NCBI GenBank assembly: GCA_043814255.1
Contig: JBDRKD010000034.1
Location: 1-42,261, forward strand
DNA from: Candidatus Micrarchaeota archaeon
Lineage (GTDB): Archaea > Micrarchaeota > Micrarchaeia > Burarchaeales > JAKAKT01
Length of the DNA: 42,261 nt
Direction: 5' to 3'
The notes under the pieces were generated by a model, which saw only the letters and a program-made list of their open reading frames with translations, was not told the DNA's origin and made no database searches. Of the stretch, positions 30,115 through 40,491 are shown piece by piece (the first letter of the stretch is position 1; every line of letters starts with the position of its first letter). The translations under genes and the position numbers were made by a program.

Positions 30115-31226
30115 GCGTTCCCTCTATTTCTTTGACCTGAAGCTTTTCTCAGGGCGTTCTTCACATCACGAATCCCCGCATCTGTTTTAATGGAATTCTC
30201 CTTAAAATGCGTTTTGCATACCTTGAATCCGTTTTGTAATAGGTTTTCCATCACACTATCAACTTTTTCTGCAGATACTCCTAAAACTTCAGAGACCTTA
30301 TGCAAATCATAATACGTTGCGGGCATTCCAACCTCGCATATCATCTTCGTTATGATCTTATCTACCTCATCCGTTTTTCCGTACCCTCTCTTCACGTTCT
30401 CCCTTCTCATGTTTTCGAGAATCGCTTTCTCATGAAGCTCTCCAATCCACAGTGGTCCCGCGTGTAGCAGTATTCCCCCGCACTTACACTTCTCCTTAAC
30501 CACAAGTCCCGAGGCACCTCTCCAAAGGCACCTCGGACAATGGGAGATGAATCCAAGTTTCTTTATTGAAGATACTGCCCTCTCTGCACCTTTCCTGAGT
30601 TCTACAACAACCTTTATGTAATGGTGTTTTGAGAGACCCACCAAGGGCACCAGTCCGAGGTTATGTTCACTGGCGCACCTCGCAATCTTACCCAGCAATA
30701 TCCTAATTGCATTCTCGTGACAGTATTCATTATCAAGAGGCTTGGACTGATAGTTCTTCAGACATGCCCTGTAGTGCGCCCCACACAGCACGGCAACATC
30801 AGTGGCAGTTACGGATAGGGTCCCCCCACCGTTCATGCTTAATGAACGTACACCAGAATAAAGATATGGGACAGGGCTTCCGAACGGGTCTATCTCTATG
30901 AAATCAAACGCCTTATCGACCAGGTATGCATTCACGTCACCCTTCCTTACAGACCAACCACTAAATCCGTTATGCCTCGCGTTATGCCTTGTATTCTTAC
31001 ATGCTTTCCCACTTAGGTCAACGAATATCACTTCTTTAACGCAGGAGTTCTCCATGGAGTATCTAATACCCCTCGCTCCTGTCGCGCACATCCCGTCGAG
31101 AACAGAAATCTTTTTTTTGAGGGTCCCCACAACTAGGCTTGAGACATCTCTACAAAGCTCCATCATCGGGTTGAAGAAAACGCCTTCATCAACCCTGATT
31201 TCAGCCAATCCCTCCTTTACGTACAC
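30111..31226 (-). CDS. trm1: tRNA (guanine26-N2)-dimethyltransferase
   Basis: VFFNPMMELCRD, ATGARGIRY, IDPFGSP, VTATD and GPLWIGELH; GTG start proposed. Confidence 0.94.
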   Translation of the reverse strand: MYVKEGLAEIRVDEGVFFNPMMELCRDVSSLVVGTLKKKISVLDGMCATGARGIRYSMENSCVKEVIFVDLSGKACKNTRHNARHNGFSGWSVRKGDVNAYLVDKAFDFIEIDPFGSPVPYLYSGVRSLSMNGGGTLSVTATDVAVLCGAHYRACLKNYQSKPLDNEYCHENAIRILLGKIARCASEHNLGLVPLVGLSKHHYIKVVVELRKGAERAVSSIKKLGFISHCPRCLWRGASGLVVKEKCKCGGILLHAGPLWIGELHEKAILENMRRENVKRGYGKTDEVDKIITKMICEVGMPATYYDLHKVSEVLGVSAEKVDSVMENLLQNGFKVCKTHFKENSIKTDAGIRDVKNALRKASGQRNRGNA

Positions 31227-31237
31227 GCAATTCCCCA

Positions 31238-31465
31238 CTAATACTTTATCAAGGCATCCAATAATCCATGTGCATAATTTATGCATCCAAATGACGTAAC
31301 GTAATCTTTCTTCTCAAGATAGTATCCTGCGTCCTTCCTATACCTCGTCGCAAGGTCAATAATCATATTCTCCCGTTCGGTTTTCCCAATAGCTTTCACT
31401 ATGTTCTCGTCGAACATCACCATGTCCTCCTTTATCCGTTTCTCCTCATCCCGCACTTGGCACAT
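31238..31465 (-). CDS. DUF357 protein
   Basis: YRKDAGYYLEKKDYVTSFGCINYAHGLLDA. Confidence 0.88.
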   Translation of the reverse strand: MCQVRDEEKRIKEDMVMFDENIVKAIGKTERENMIIDLATRYRKDAGYYLEKKDYVTSFGCINYAHGLLDALIKY

Positions 31466-31506
31466 GTAGTTTTTTTAAATTGATATATTATTATTCTTTG
31501 GGACAA

Positions 31507-31962
31507 ATGTTCAGGAACATCATAGTGGCGGGGACATTCAACATCCTTCATTCAGGGCATAAGGCACTGCTAGCAAAAGCGCTCTCTTCAGGAAAGAGGG
31601 TCAGGGTGGGGATTACGTCTGATTCATTTGCAAAAGAAATGAAAACATACAAAACGAACCCATTCTCTGAGAGGAAGGCAGCCATTGAGAGATTTTTTGG
31701 GAAGGAAGCCAAACGAATAGAGATAGTCAAACTCGAAGATAAATATGGCGATGCAACGACCACAACACTTTCTGATGCAATAGTCATAAGTCCCGAGACT
31801 GAGGAAATAGCACTAGAAATCAACAGCATAAGGAAGGGAAATGGATTAGAACCACTACACATCATCCTAGTGCAGATGGTTTATGCATGCGATTCAAAGA
31901 AGATATCGTGCACAAGGATATTGGGTGGGGAGATGGATGCCGAGGGGAAATCAGTTAGCTGA
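31507..31962 (+). CDS. coaD: Phosphopantetheine adenylyltransferase (archaeal CoaD)
   Basis: GTFNILHSGH, GITSD, IVISPET, INSIRKGNGL and KISCTRI. Confidence 0.88.
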   Translation: MFRNIIVAGTFNILHSGHKALLAKALSSGKRVRVGITSDSFAKEMKTYKTNPFSERKAAIERFFGKEAKRIEIVKLEDKYGDATTTTLSDAIVISPETEEIALEINSIRKGNGLEPLHIILVQMVYACDSKKISCTRILGGEMDAEGKSVS

Positions 31963-32024
31963 GGATCCACCCAACAGGCGGAGAAATGTTTATAACTAAA
32001 TAAACCCAGTTATAGTCAGATAAA

Positions 32025-33197
32025 ATGAAAAAGGGCCAGATATTCACCATCGATTTTGTAATAAGCCTAGCGGTATTTGTAACTATCCTGATAACCATCA
32101 TAACACTTTGGATGGGCATCGACCTTCACATAAAGGAAATAGAATCCAGAAGGGAGATGCATCTGATATCCATAGCCATCTCAGATGCGCTCATACGGAG
32201 CCCGGGCTACCCTGCAGATTGGAACGAGACGAACGTGCAGAGCATAGGGATTGCGAAAGGCGAGTATGTTCTCGATATCCATAAGATAATCGCACTAATG
32301 AATCTGGAATATGATACTGCCCGCAGTATACTGAGGCTTGGGAATTACCAGCTCTTCATTTACATGACGGATATTGACGGTGCCAATATTTCTACCGGCG
32401 TGCTCAGGAGCCCGATTGCATATTATTGCAGGAATCCAACCCTATGTACTATCCAAGCCAAACTCAATAGTTCCGGTCTTGTTTGGGACATGTACCAAGG
32501 AACAGGAAGCGACGTAAGCAGCCAATATAATGAGAGGTACTACTACAGGGCAGACGATTACTTCCCAGACCCGCCGTTTACCGACCCCCCTGCAAGCATG
32601 TTCAATTTCACAGTCCTAAACCTGAGCAACTATAAGACATTCATCGTTGAACGCCCCAACATACAGAACGAAGCGGTTAATATCACTGGGATGCAGGAAT
32701 TCTTGCAAAACAGCGGTGTCCTTCTTTTCGAATCTCAGGGAGACCAAGGTTTCCTAATGCTTGAAAACAACTTCTCCATGCATGCAGTTCATCAGGGTAG
32801 CACTACCGGCACTGTAGAATATCTGGGCGTTTTGTTACTCAACATGAGTGTTGGAGATACCATAAATTTTGATGATGCCTCATGGAGATTCTACGAGCAA
32901 GAAGGAGATGCGAATCTTATCACATATATCTCAGACCAGGCTGATCCTCTGAAGTGTTTGGTGTGTGAGTGGAATTATGGAAGGGGAACAGTATACTACA
33001 TTCAAGACTATGATGGGGTTGTGAATGGAGATATAACAAGGCCCCTTCAGGATAACCTTAATTTCATAGGCTGGCAGATAAGATACGGCATTCCCCCAAA
33101 CAGTTCATCTATAGATGTAATAAACATAAACAGGATGGCACTTCTGGAAGGGGTATTCAGGCAGCCAGTGGCTGTTCACATACTCATCTGGAGGTGA
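32025..33197 (+). CDS. Pilin-like protein with class III signal peptide
   Basis: MKKG/QIFTIDF followed by a hydrophobic helix; SPGYPADW motif. Confidence 0.8.
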   Translation: MKKGQIFTIDFVISLAVFVTILITIITLWMGIDLHIKEIESRREMHLISIAISDALIRSPGYPADWNETNVQSIGIAKGEYVLDIHKIIALMNLEYDTARSILRLGNYQLFIYMTDIDGANISTGVLRSPIAYYCRNPTLCTIQAKLNSSGLVWDMYQGTGSDVSSQYNERYYYRADDYFPDPPFTDPPASMFNFTVLNLSNYKTFIVERPNIQNEAVNITGMQEFLQNSGVLLFESQGDQGFLMLENNFSMHAVHQGSTTGTVEYLGVLLLNMSVGDTINFDDASWRFYEQEGDANLITYISDQADPLKCLVCEWNYGRGTVYYIQDYDGVVNGDITRPLQDNLNFIGWQIRYGIPPNSSSIDVININRMALLEGVFRQPVAVHILIWR

Positions 33198-34275
33198 GGA
33201 TTTTCTCCGCCTTTGGGATCATCTTCTCCCGTTTCTCCTTATGCCTCTTGATCCAGTTTAATACGGTTTCGAGAGATTTTTTCTTGCACTCCCCGCAGAG
33301 TATGCATCCACCAGTGCAATCATCATACATTCTCTTCAATTCAGCGTCATCGTCATAGAAATGGAAGAGCATAAGCTCGTATATGACGCACTTCCCAATC
33401 TCCCCACCGAGTTTTCGCTGCTCATCTGCAGTCGCCCTCCCACCAGTGAGGGCGTTGGATATCTTTTTCTTCATGGATGCCTCATCATCGTTGAGTGTCA
33501 ACGTATTCATCGGGTCACGCTTGCTCATCTTGGTCTCCCCATTCAGGCTCCTGAAGAACTTGTGAAATGTCGCGGCAGGTGTTTTGAAACCGTACTCGCC
33601 AGTGAATTTCTGGGCAATATCCCTTGTGAAACGTATATGTGGGTCCTGGTCCACACCCACAGGTACAACAACGTTCTTCGGCCCACCGAACTCCTGAAGC
33701 TGGGGCAACATGATGTCGCCTGCCTGCGTGAGGACGGAGAGATATATCCCAATGCTTCTCTCACCATATATCGCTTTCAAAGTCGCCATCGTCGTCTTTC
33801 TTGAGAACATATATGCCAAGTTCATGACGCTTCTCTCTTCAGATTGTTTGTAGATGTAGGAGTTTTTCGGGTCAAGTCCCATGGCGAGCAAGTCGGCAAC
33901 ATTCCGAACAGCGTTCTTCCCACTTTCCTCCAAGGATATCCCATTATCAGCATATGCTTCAAGGTCTGCTATTGCGTAGAACACCTTTGCCCCGAAGGCC
34001 TTCTGCAGGAACACAAGTTCTTCAGCAGTCAGTTTGCTCCCAAGGTGGAATTCCCCGCTTGGTTTTATCCCAGACATTACGGCGACATCCTTTTCATTTT
34101 TACTATCAGCTACAAATTTCTGAAAATCCCTATGTGCGAAGACTATGCCGCGCCTAAAAAGCCTGTTCGGGTTCGGTATGTCTGAGAGAAGCTTGCTGTC
34201 AAATTTTTGCATCCCAAATTCAGAAAACAGTTTCGAATAATCAACGAGCTCGTTTCCCCAGGGGTCAATATCCAT
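33184..34275 (-). CDS. trpS: Tryptophanyl-tRNA synthetase
   Basis: IDPW, PSGEFHLG, VPVGVDQDPH, KMSK, and TGGRATADEQRKLGG. Confidence 0.96.
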   Translation of the reverse strand: MDIDPWGNELVDYSKLFSEFGMQKFDSKLLSDIPNPNRLFRRGIVFAHRDFQKFVADSKNEKDVAVMSGIKPSGEFHLGSKLTAEELVFLQKAFGAKVFYAIADLEAYADNGISLEESGKNAVRNVADLLAMGLDPKNSYIYKQSEERSVMNLAYMFSRKTTMATLKAIYGERSIGIYLSVLTQAGDIMLPQLQEFGGPKNVVVPVGVDQDPHIRFTRDIAQKFTGEYGFKTPAATFHKFFRSLNGETKMSKRDPMNTLTLNDDEASMKKKISNALTGGRATADEQRKLGGEIGKCVIYELMLFHFYDDDAELKRMYDDCTGGCILCGECKKKSLETVLNWIKRHKEKREKMIPKAEKILTSR

Positions 34276-34293
34276 CTCAAACACCACTGACAG

Positions 34294-35010
34294 TTATTTC
34301 TCATCAAAAAGTTGTTGGTTGGGGTACACCTCTATCCCAGTTTCCCCTATCCTCATGGGACATATCTTGGTTTCGTGTATGACACCCCTCATCTTTATGA
34401 CCTCAAGAGCCCTCTCCCTGTAATCCTTCCTCCGTACGTTGTAAAGGTTTATGAGACCATCCGAAAGGTATTCTGCCCAATTCCTTCTGCCATCCTCAGT
34501 AAGGACAGTTCCAGTTCCCTCGGAAATAAGAATGACAGTACACCCCCAATTCCTCACTTTCTCAACAAGTTTAAGCATCCCTTCCCTTCTCTCCTTCTCA
34601 CTCCCATGTATCAACACAAGCGGCATTATGGAATCCACCACAAGTCTTTCGATGCCAACATTATCAACGAGGTCTCTGATGATGCCCTCCTGCTGCAGGA
34701 ATTGATCGACCTCGAACGGAGGATACTCAATGAATACCAATTTTTTCTCTCTATCGAACTTCTCAAGGTCCCAGCCGAATCTCCCCATGTTTCTGTACAT
34801 GGCCCTTCGTTTCTCATCGAACGATATATACAATCCAGTCTCATTATATTTTATCGCACCCTCGTGGAGGAACTGTATGCCCAGTGTCGTCTTCCCGCAT
34901 CCAGTATCCCCACTCACAGTGATAATGCTCCCCCTAGGGAACCCACCTTCTGTGATCTCATCAAGGCCTACAATGCCTGTTTTAATTCTCGGAAGCGGGC
35001 TTAGCATCAT
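34294..35010 (-). CDS. KaiC/RAD55-family ATPase
   Basis: GDTGCGKT, SFDE, RLVVDS and LEVIKMRG. Confidence 0.92.
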   Translation of the reverse strand: MMLSPLPRIKTGIVGLDEITEGGFPRGSIITVSGDTGCGKTTLGIQFLHEGAIKYNETGLYISFDEKRRAMYRNMGRFGWDLEKFDREKKLVFIEYPPFEVDQFLQQEGIIRDLVDNVGIERLVVDSIMPLVLIHGSEKERREGMLKLVEKVRNWGCTVILISEGTGTVLTEDGRRNWAEYLSDGLINLYNVRRKDYRERALEVIKMRGVIHETKICPMRIGETGIEVYPNQQLFDEK

Positions 35011-35491
35011 TATTCCCTCCAACCAGACTCTTCCCAAGCTCTGCCCTTCTTTGGAGTTTCTTGTTTAGGTCCTTTTTCTCATCATCACTCATGAGTTTCT
35101 CAACAACGTATGTTGAGAATTCATGGCTTGTTTGGGCAGCGGTCAGTATGACGTCTTGGGCTTCCCTAAGAGTCAGATTCACGGTGTTTGGTTTCATAAT
35201 CTCGACGCCTATCGGACCATAGCGGAACCCAACATTAACAAGAGTCATGAAATCATTTGTTAGGATTTTCACCTCAGCAGATGTTGTGAATCCAGACTCT
35301 TCCTCTATGGTATCCTTTATTTCACCAATGGCATAAACAACTCCTTCTTCAGTGGTAAGCTTTCTGATGAAGTCCACCATTGTGTTCTTTATCTGTTCTT
35401 TGGATTTTCCATGGATATCAAAGTAGAGAAGGCTTAGAACACCCCCTTCATTTATTGTATCGTCAGTTAGTTTTTCAACCGATTTTGACAT
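34982..35491 (-). CDS. Hypothetical protein
   Basis: Clean ORF within the operon with a GGTGA SD; motif YGPIGVEIMKP. Confidence 0.8.
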   Translation of the reverse strand: MSKSVEKLTDDTINEGGVLSLLYFDIHGKSKEQIKNTMVDFIRKLTTEEGVVYAIGEIKDTIEEESGFTTSAEVKILTNDFMTLVNVGFRYGPIGVEIMKPNTVNLTLREAQDVILTAAQTSHEFSTYVVEKLMSDDEKKDLNKKLQRRAELGKSLVGGNNDAKPASEN

Positions 35492-35510
35492 CTCACCACC
35501 ACACGCAATC

Positions 35511-36437
35511 CTAATGCAGTTCATGTTTTAAAATCATTTGCCCCCGTACAAACCCTTGACAATGTATCATTACAGCAATCATTGAATCCATCCCAAAACC
35601 AAGGCTGGCCCCAACAGTAGGGCACTTCACCCTGAGCAGACAGGCAGCCCTCCCCCCAACAACATCCCTATATTCATCAAGCGTCTCATAATTGGCCATG
35701 CCTTTTGCGATTATGAAGTCTGCAGTCTCAAATCTTCTCCAGAATCCCTCCGGAGCCCTCTTCTTCCAGACCCCATAGGACCTTCCTTTTCCAACTACCG
35801 GAATATCCCCCAACCCAACAAGTTCAATCTCCTCAAGGGAAACATCCTCATCCATCGGAACGCTTGAGACCACGGCAGTCACGCTGCTGTGCTTATTGAT
35901 CTCAGAGATAAGCGGTATATCAAAGACAGCTTCACCGCAATTATCACACAGATAGAGCACTTCCTTGGAATTCTTTACATTCTTAAATATCTCCTTAATA
36001 TCATCCGCTGTCAACGCTTTTTTCACAAGCTGCTTCATTTCATCCTCCATTCTCTCAACATGTGCCTTATGGTTCGGTGCGGAGAGTTCCAGGGTGTTCC
36101 CAGCAACAGCAAGCTTAACAGCTCTCTTGAATCGTTCATACGGTGTTTTCCCATCCGAAACCCATTCCCTGAACGATGGGAATATCCTCTTCGCAGCCCT
36201 TATCACGTCCCTCTTCTTCTTCCTATAGGGGTCTCTGTTCCCAGTAATATCCATTATCAGCTCACTCTGAACAGTTCCTGCAAACGATGGGCAATCTCCT
36301 CTCTTTATGGCTTTCCTTATATTGGCCAATACTGCAACCATACATTCCTTACGTAGCCTCTCGTCTCTGGTTGAAAGGCACGTGACTTCATAGAATCTCT
36401 CCGCCTTACAGGGGGCGCAGAATGAGGTTGTCTTCAT
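35511..36437 (-). CDS. DUF89/ARMT1-like damage-control phosphatase
   Basis: N-terminal CAPC, DPY, AGN, DNCGE, AKGMANYE and LRVKC. Confidence 0.9.
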   Translation of the reverse strand: MKTTSFCAPCKAERFYEVTCLSTRDERLRKECMVAVLANIRKAIKRGDCPSFAGTVQSELIMDITGNRDPYRKKKRDVIRAAKRIFPSFREWVSDGKTPYERFKRAVKLAVAGNTLELSAPNHKAHVERMEDEMKQLVKKALTADDIKEIFKNVKNSKEVLYLCDNCGEAVFDIPLISEINKHSSVTAVVSSVPMDEDVSLEEIELVGLGDIPVVGKGRSYGVWKKRAPEGFWRRFETADFIIAKGMANYETLDEYRDVVGGRAACLLRVKCPTVGASLGFGMDSMIAVMIHCQGFVRGQMILKHELH

Positions 36438-37685
36438 CTATTCCCCCCAGACAATTTTCCTGACTTCTTTCGGAGAAACGACCTTCTCCTCTCCAGTCTC
36501 GAGGTTTCTTACGGTAATCATGTCTTTCTCGGCTTCCCTCTGTCCGATAACGCCAATGAACATTATTTTCTTCGAGTTGGCATAATCGAATTGTTTGCGG
36601 AGATTTCTGCCCATGAGATCAACCTGCACATTCATTCCAGACGCTCTCAGCTCCTGGGCAACCGCAATGGCATTTGGATAGAATTCAGGTTTTACTGCAG
36701 CGATGCAAATTTCCACACAGCTCTTTTCATCCCCCTCACCAAGAAGCGCCATGATTCTCTCTATTCCAAGCGAGATACCAACAGCAGGCACGTCCACTCC
36801 CGAATAGACCCCGATGAGATTATCATATCTCCCACCACCGGCTATGCTCCCGACCCCTCCCCCTGCGCTTATCTCAAAAACAGGCCCCGTATAATAATCA
36901 AGACCCCGCACAAGGCTCAGGTCCACTGAAACGTTCTCTAAGCAATATGTATTACACAGCGCCACCAGTTCTTCAAGTTCTCGTATGCCATTCTCTCCAT
37001 ATCCCCCTACGTTTTTAAGGATCTCTTCATTATCCCCCTTCTGTGATATTATCTCCATGAGTTTTTTCACTGAATCTTTACCCACTCCCATTTCAACAAG
37101 CTCATCGTTTACTCCTTTCTCTCCAATCTTCTCCAGCTTATCCAGAGTTCTGAATACCGCTGCCGATGCAGCTGTTATCCCAACACCAGTTATAATCGAA
37201 TCCAATATCTTCCTGTTGTTCACCCTTATCCTGAAGTCCTTAAACCCAAGTTTTTTTAGGCATTCTGAAGCGCAGGCGAGAAGCTCAGCGTCACACTCCA
37301 TCTTAGAACTTCCAATAATATCAACATCTGCCTGCAGGAATTCCCTAAACCTGCCTTTCTGAGGCTCTTCCCGCCTCCACACCTTTCCTATGCAATAGCG
37401 TTTGAACGGTTTTGGCAACGATTGGTTTGAGGCAACAACTCTTGCAAGCGGGACTGTCAAATCAAATCGCATCCCCAGTTTTCCGTCTTCTACTCGATAT
37501 ATCTGCTTGTTGGTATCCTCGCCACACTTCACATCAAGTATCTCCATATTCTCCAGGGCAGGCGTCTCAAGCGGTTCGTAACCATACCTCCTGAAAACCC
37601 GTTCCACTACCGAAATAACCGCATTCCTTGCATTCATCTGCGCAGGCATGAAATCCCTCATCCCACGCGGTGTTCTCAGCTCCAT
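36438..37685 (-). CDS. hisS: Histidyl-tRNA synthetase
   Basis: PRGMRD, RFDLTVPLAR, GRFREFLQ, LVRGLDYYTG and GGGRYD. Confidence 0.97.
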   Translation of the reverse strand: MELRTPRGMRDFMPAQMNARNAVISVVERVFRRYGYEPLETPALENMEILDVKCGEDTNKQIYRVEDGKLGMRFDLTVPLARVVASNQSLPKPFKRYCIGKVWRREEPQKGRFREFLQADVDIIGSSKMECDAELLACASECLKKLGFKDFRIRVNNRKILDSIITGVGITAASAAVFRTLDKLEKIGEKGVNDELVEMGVGKDSVKKLMEIISQKGDNEEILKNVGGYGENGIRELEELVALCNTYCLENVSVDLSLVRGLDYYTGPVFEISAGGGVGSIAGGGRYDNLIGVYSGVDVPAVGISLGIERIMALLGEGDEKSCVEICIAAVKPEFYPNAIAVAQELRASGMNVQVDLMGRNLRKQFDYANSKKIMFIGVIGQREAEKDMITVRNLETGEEKVVSPKEVRKIVWGE

Positions 37686-37733
37686 CGTTTCACCCGAAGA
37701 GGTCATAATATGTCGTTTGGGTTATTTAAATCA

Positions 37734-38408
37734 TCAGGCCGAATTCTCCATTGCCTTCAGGATCTCTTCTGCCGCCCCGAAGCTATCCCTTGAGTTCGTA
37801 ATATACCTCCCGATAACAAGTATGTCTGCCCCTGCTCTCAATGCCTCCGGAGCACTGTCAGCAGTTATCCCTCCAGCAACAGAGATAAGCGCCCCACGGA
37901 ACCTTGCCTTCATGAATTTAATCTTCTCCCACAGGTGGTCATTTTCCCCCTCTCCATCTATCCCCCTGTGGATATTTATGATATCTGGAAGTTTCTCAAG
38001 AGATGCAAGTTTCTTAACAGGGTTATCTACCCCCATACAATCTACAATTGAATAGATATCCACATCTCTGCACCCAGAGATGAATCTCTCAAGTGTGTCT
38101 ATGCTTGCGCACCCAGACGCAGTAGCGGCGTCCGCACCCCCCTCAAAAGCAATATCCGCTTCCAATTTTCCAGTATCCATGGTCTTCAGGTCAGCAACGA
38201 TAAACCTACAACCAGAATGTTTCCTAAGTTCCTTAACTACTTTTGCCCCAGCTGATTTTATCAGGGGTGTTCCGGCCTCGAGAATTAATCTGTTGCTCCT
38301 CGGAAGCTTGGTGATCGTGCGCACCGCTGCATCGATATCTGTCATGTCAAGTGCAACCTGGAGGTAAGGTGGATATGAGAGGCCTTTAATGAGCAATCCA
38401 TTTGTCAA
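37734..38408 (-). CDS. hps: 3-hexulose-6-phosphate synthase (OMPDC/HPS family), stand-alone
   Basis: PPYLQVALD, LEAGTPLIK, ADLKTMDTG, HRGID, VAGGI and GRYIT. Confidence 0.85.
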   Translation of the reverse strand: MTNGLLIKGLSYPPYLQVALDMTDIDAAVRTITKLPRSNRLILEAGTPLIKSAGAKVVKELRKHSGCRFIVADLKTMDTGKLEADIAFEGGADAATASGCASIDTLERFISGCRDVDIYSIVDCMGVDNPVKKLASLEKLPDIINIHRGIDGEGENDHLWEKIKFMKARFRGALISVAGGITADSAPEALRAGADILVIGRYITNSRDSFGAAEEILKAMENSA

Positions 38409-38487
38409 TTCACCACCACATATAAGATTTTAAAATAACTACAATATAATTGAGTATGTCCTTTATTAAAAAATTGCTGGTGGTTCA

Positions 38488-39819
38488 ATGTCTGTGAGTC
38501 CGATTGAAGAACGCTATCGTACTGAGATGAATGATGTTTTCGAAGATAAGAGCGTCCTGAGAAAATGGCTTCAAGTAGAGGTAGCCCTCGCGAATGCACA
38601 TGCGCGCATAGGTCACATAACGAAAGAGAACGCAATCCAGATATCCAAGGCGGCAAAGAGGGTGCGTCTCTCGCGGGTAAAACAGATAGAGTCCCAAATA
38701 CATCATGATCTCATGGCGATGGTAAAGGCGCTGACAGAGGCCTGTTCAAAGGACTCCGGAGCACACGTGCATCTCGGGGCCACCAGTTATGACATAGAAG
38801 ACACTGCAACAGCCCTTCTTTTGAGGGATGCATTCGCAATACTTTGGAAACGCGCAGAGGAACTCAAACACATACTCATTGATCTCGCAAAACGCCACAA
38901 GAGGACCGTGTGTATTGGCAGGACCCATGGCCAACACGCAGTGCCGACAACATACGGGCTCAAGTTTGCACTCTATGCAACTGAAATCGATAGGCATCTT
39001 TCTCGCATTGAACAGGCTGAAAAGAGACTCTATGTCGGGAAGATGACCGGTGCGGTTGGAACGATGGCTACTTTTGGAGAGGATGCATTTAGGCTTCAGG
39101 AATATGTGATGGAGGAGCTTGGGTTGCATCCGCCGCTTGTAACAAACCAGGTTATCCAGAGGGACAGGCATGCTGAGGCAATGTTCATACTCTCACTCAT
39201 CGCGTGTTCTCTGGAGAAAATTGCCAAGGAGATACGTAATCTCCAAAGGACAGAGATATCCGAGATAGCAGAACCTTTTGGGAAGAAGCAGGTCGGTTCA
39301 TCGACAATGCCCCAGAAACGCAACCCCCACAAGAGCGAGCGCATATGTGGCCTGGCAAGGGTGGTCAGGGCAAATTTACAAGTTTCCATGGAGAACATAT
39401 CTCTTGAACATGAACGGGATCTCACGAATTCCGCAAGCGAGAGAGTAATAATCTCTCAGAGCTTCATACTTGTCGACTACATGCTGTCCCAAATGATAGG
39501 CATACTGTCAGGCATTGAATTCTTTAAGCACAACATCCAGAGGAACCTTCACTTTACAGGAGGACTTGTAATGGCTGAGAGAATGATGATTGCCCTTACA
39601 GAAGCTGGGATGGGGCGTCAGGAAGCGCATGCGCTTGTGAGAAAGGCAAGTATCCATTCACTACACTCCGGAAAACACCTAAAACAGGTTCTCTCAAAGG
39701 ACAAGCAGGTTAGGAAACTCCTCACAGTAAAGAAGCTTTCAGAACTTTTCAATGAGGAAAGTTATGTTGGAAAGGCATTCGAGATAGTTGATAGGGTTAT
39801 CGAAAAGAGCGTGGAATAA
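38488..39819 (+). CDS. purB: Adenylosuccinate lyase
   Basis: HLGATSYD, GRTHGQHA, GSSTMPQKRNP and EHERDLTNS. Confidence 0.96.
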   Translation: MSVSPIEERYRTEMNDVFEDKSVLRKWLQVEVALANAHARIGHITKENAIQISKAAKRVRLSRVKQIESQIHHDLMAMVKALTEACSKDSGAHVHLGATSYDIEDTATALLLRDAFAILWKRAEELKHILIDLAKRHKRTVCIGRTHGQHAVPTTYGLKFALYATEIDRHLSRIEQAEKRLYVGKMTGAVGTMATFGEDAFRLQEYVMEELGLHPPLVTNQVIQRDRHAEAMFILSLIACSLEKIAKEIRNLQRTEISEIAEPFGKKQVGSSTMPQKRNPHKSERICGLARVVRANLQVSMENISLEHERDLTNSASERVIISQSFILVDYMLSQMIGILSGIEFFKHNIQRNLHFTGGLVMAERMMIALTEAGMGRQEAHALVRKASIHSLHSGKHLKQVLSKDKQVRKLLTVKKLSELFNEESYVGKAFEIVDRVIEKSVE

Positions 39820-40154
39820 TGAGTGGCTATATGAGCATGATTGGCGCCATAATAGTGCTTATGCTGATACTCCTATTTGTCATCGCTAAGGTTATAGGAA
39901 CGAACGTGCGACAGGATACATCCCTTTCGTCATTGGGCTCTTGCAGCGAATTCTCAGATGAGGACTCAAGAAACAAATGCCTCAGGTCTCTTGCCCTGCA
40001 AAACCTAGATATTATCCCATGCCTCCAGATTCGGAGCATACCCGAGCGCGATGCGTGCTTAAGGAATGTTGCCATACGTACCAGGGATTTTTCCCTATGT
40101 GCCCAGATATCTACTCCCAGTATACGGGATATGTGTTCTTCTGAAATAGACTAA
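39819..40154 (+). CDS. Small membrane-anchored Cys-repeat protein
   Basis: N-terminal TM, then three C-x2-(F/I)-x5-R-x2-C repeats. Confidence 0.75.
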   Translation: MSGYMSMIGAIIVLMLILLFVIAKVIGTNVRQDTSLSSLGSCSEFSDEDSRNKCLRSLALQNLDIIPCLQIRSIPERDACLRNVAIRTRDFSLCAQISTPSIRDMCSSEID

Positions 40155-40487
40155 TCAGTTTCTCTTTGGTTTTGGGAGCCTAAGGTAATAGACGCCCTCA
40201 GTATCCTTTACAACAACCGGGTTTTTCGCCAGTGAACCTACATCTATCTCAAATATGCCCCTCTTTATGACTTTCACATTCTCCACATCTAACGAGACGA
40301 CCTTGTGGGTTTTCTGGACTATCCCCGCGAGTTCCTCCTCTATCCAGGCGATATCTTCGACACCCTCCAAGTCCGCCTGTTCATTCGTGAAAACGAAGAC
40401 CTTTGCTCCGCACTCGCATCCTTTGTTGAGTGATTCGACATCTTCGTCGCCATAAAGTTTATTGCACCTTACACATCTATGGGGCAT
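40155..40487 (-). CDS. oapC: OapC Zn-ribbon protein (DUF2072)
   Basis: MPHRCVRC...GCECG, VENVKV...GIFEIDV and GVYYL. Confidence 0.85.
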   Translation of the reverse strand: MPHRCVRCNKLYGDEDVESLNKGCECGAKVFVFTNEQADLEGVEDIAWIEEELAGIVQKTHKVVSLDVENVKVIKRGIFEIDVGSLAKNPVVVKDTEGVYYLRLPKPKRN

Positions 40488-40491
40488 TATA

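Noticed and set aside
34312-35004. 230-aa plus-strand ORF
   Set aside because: Antisense shadow of the KaiC-like ATPase.
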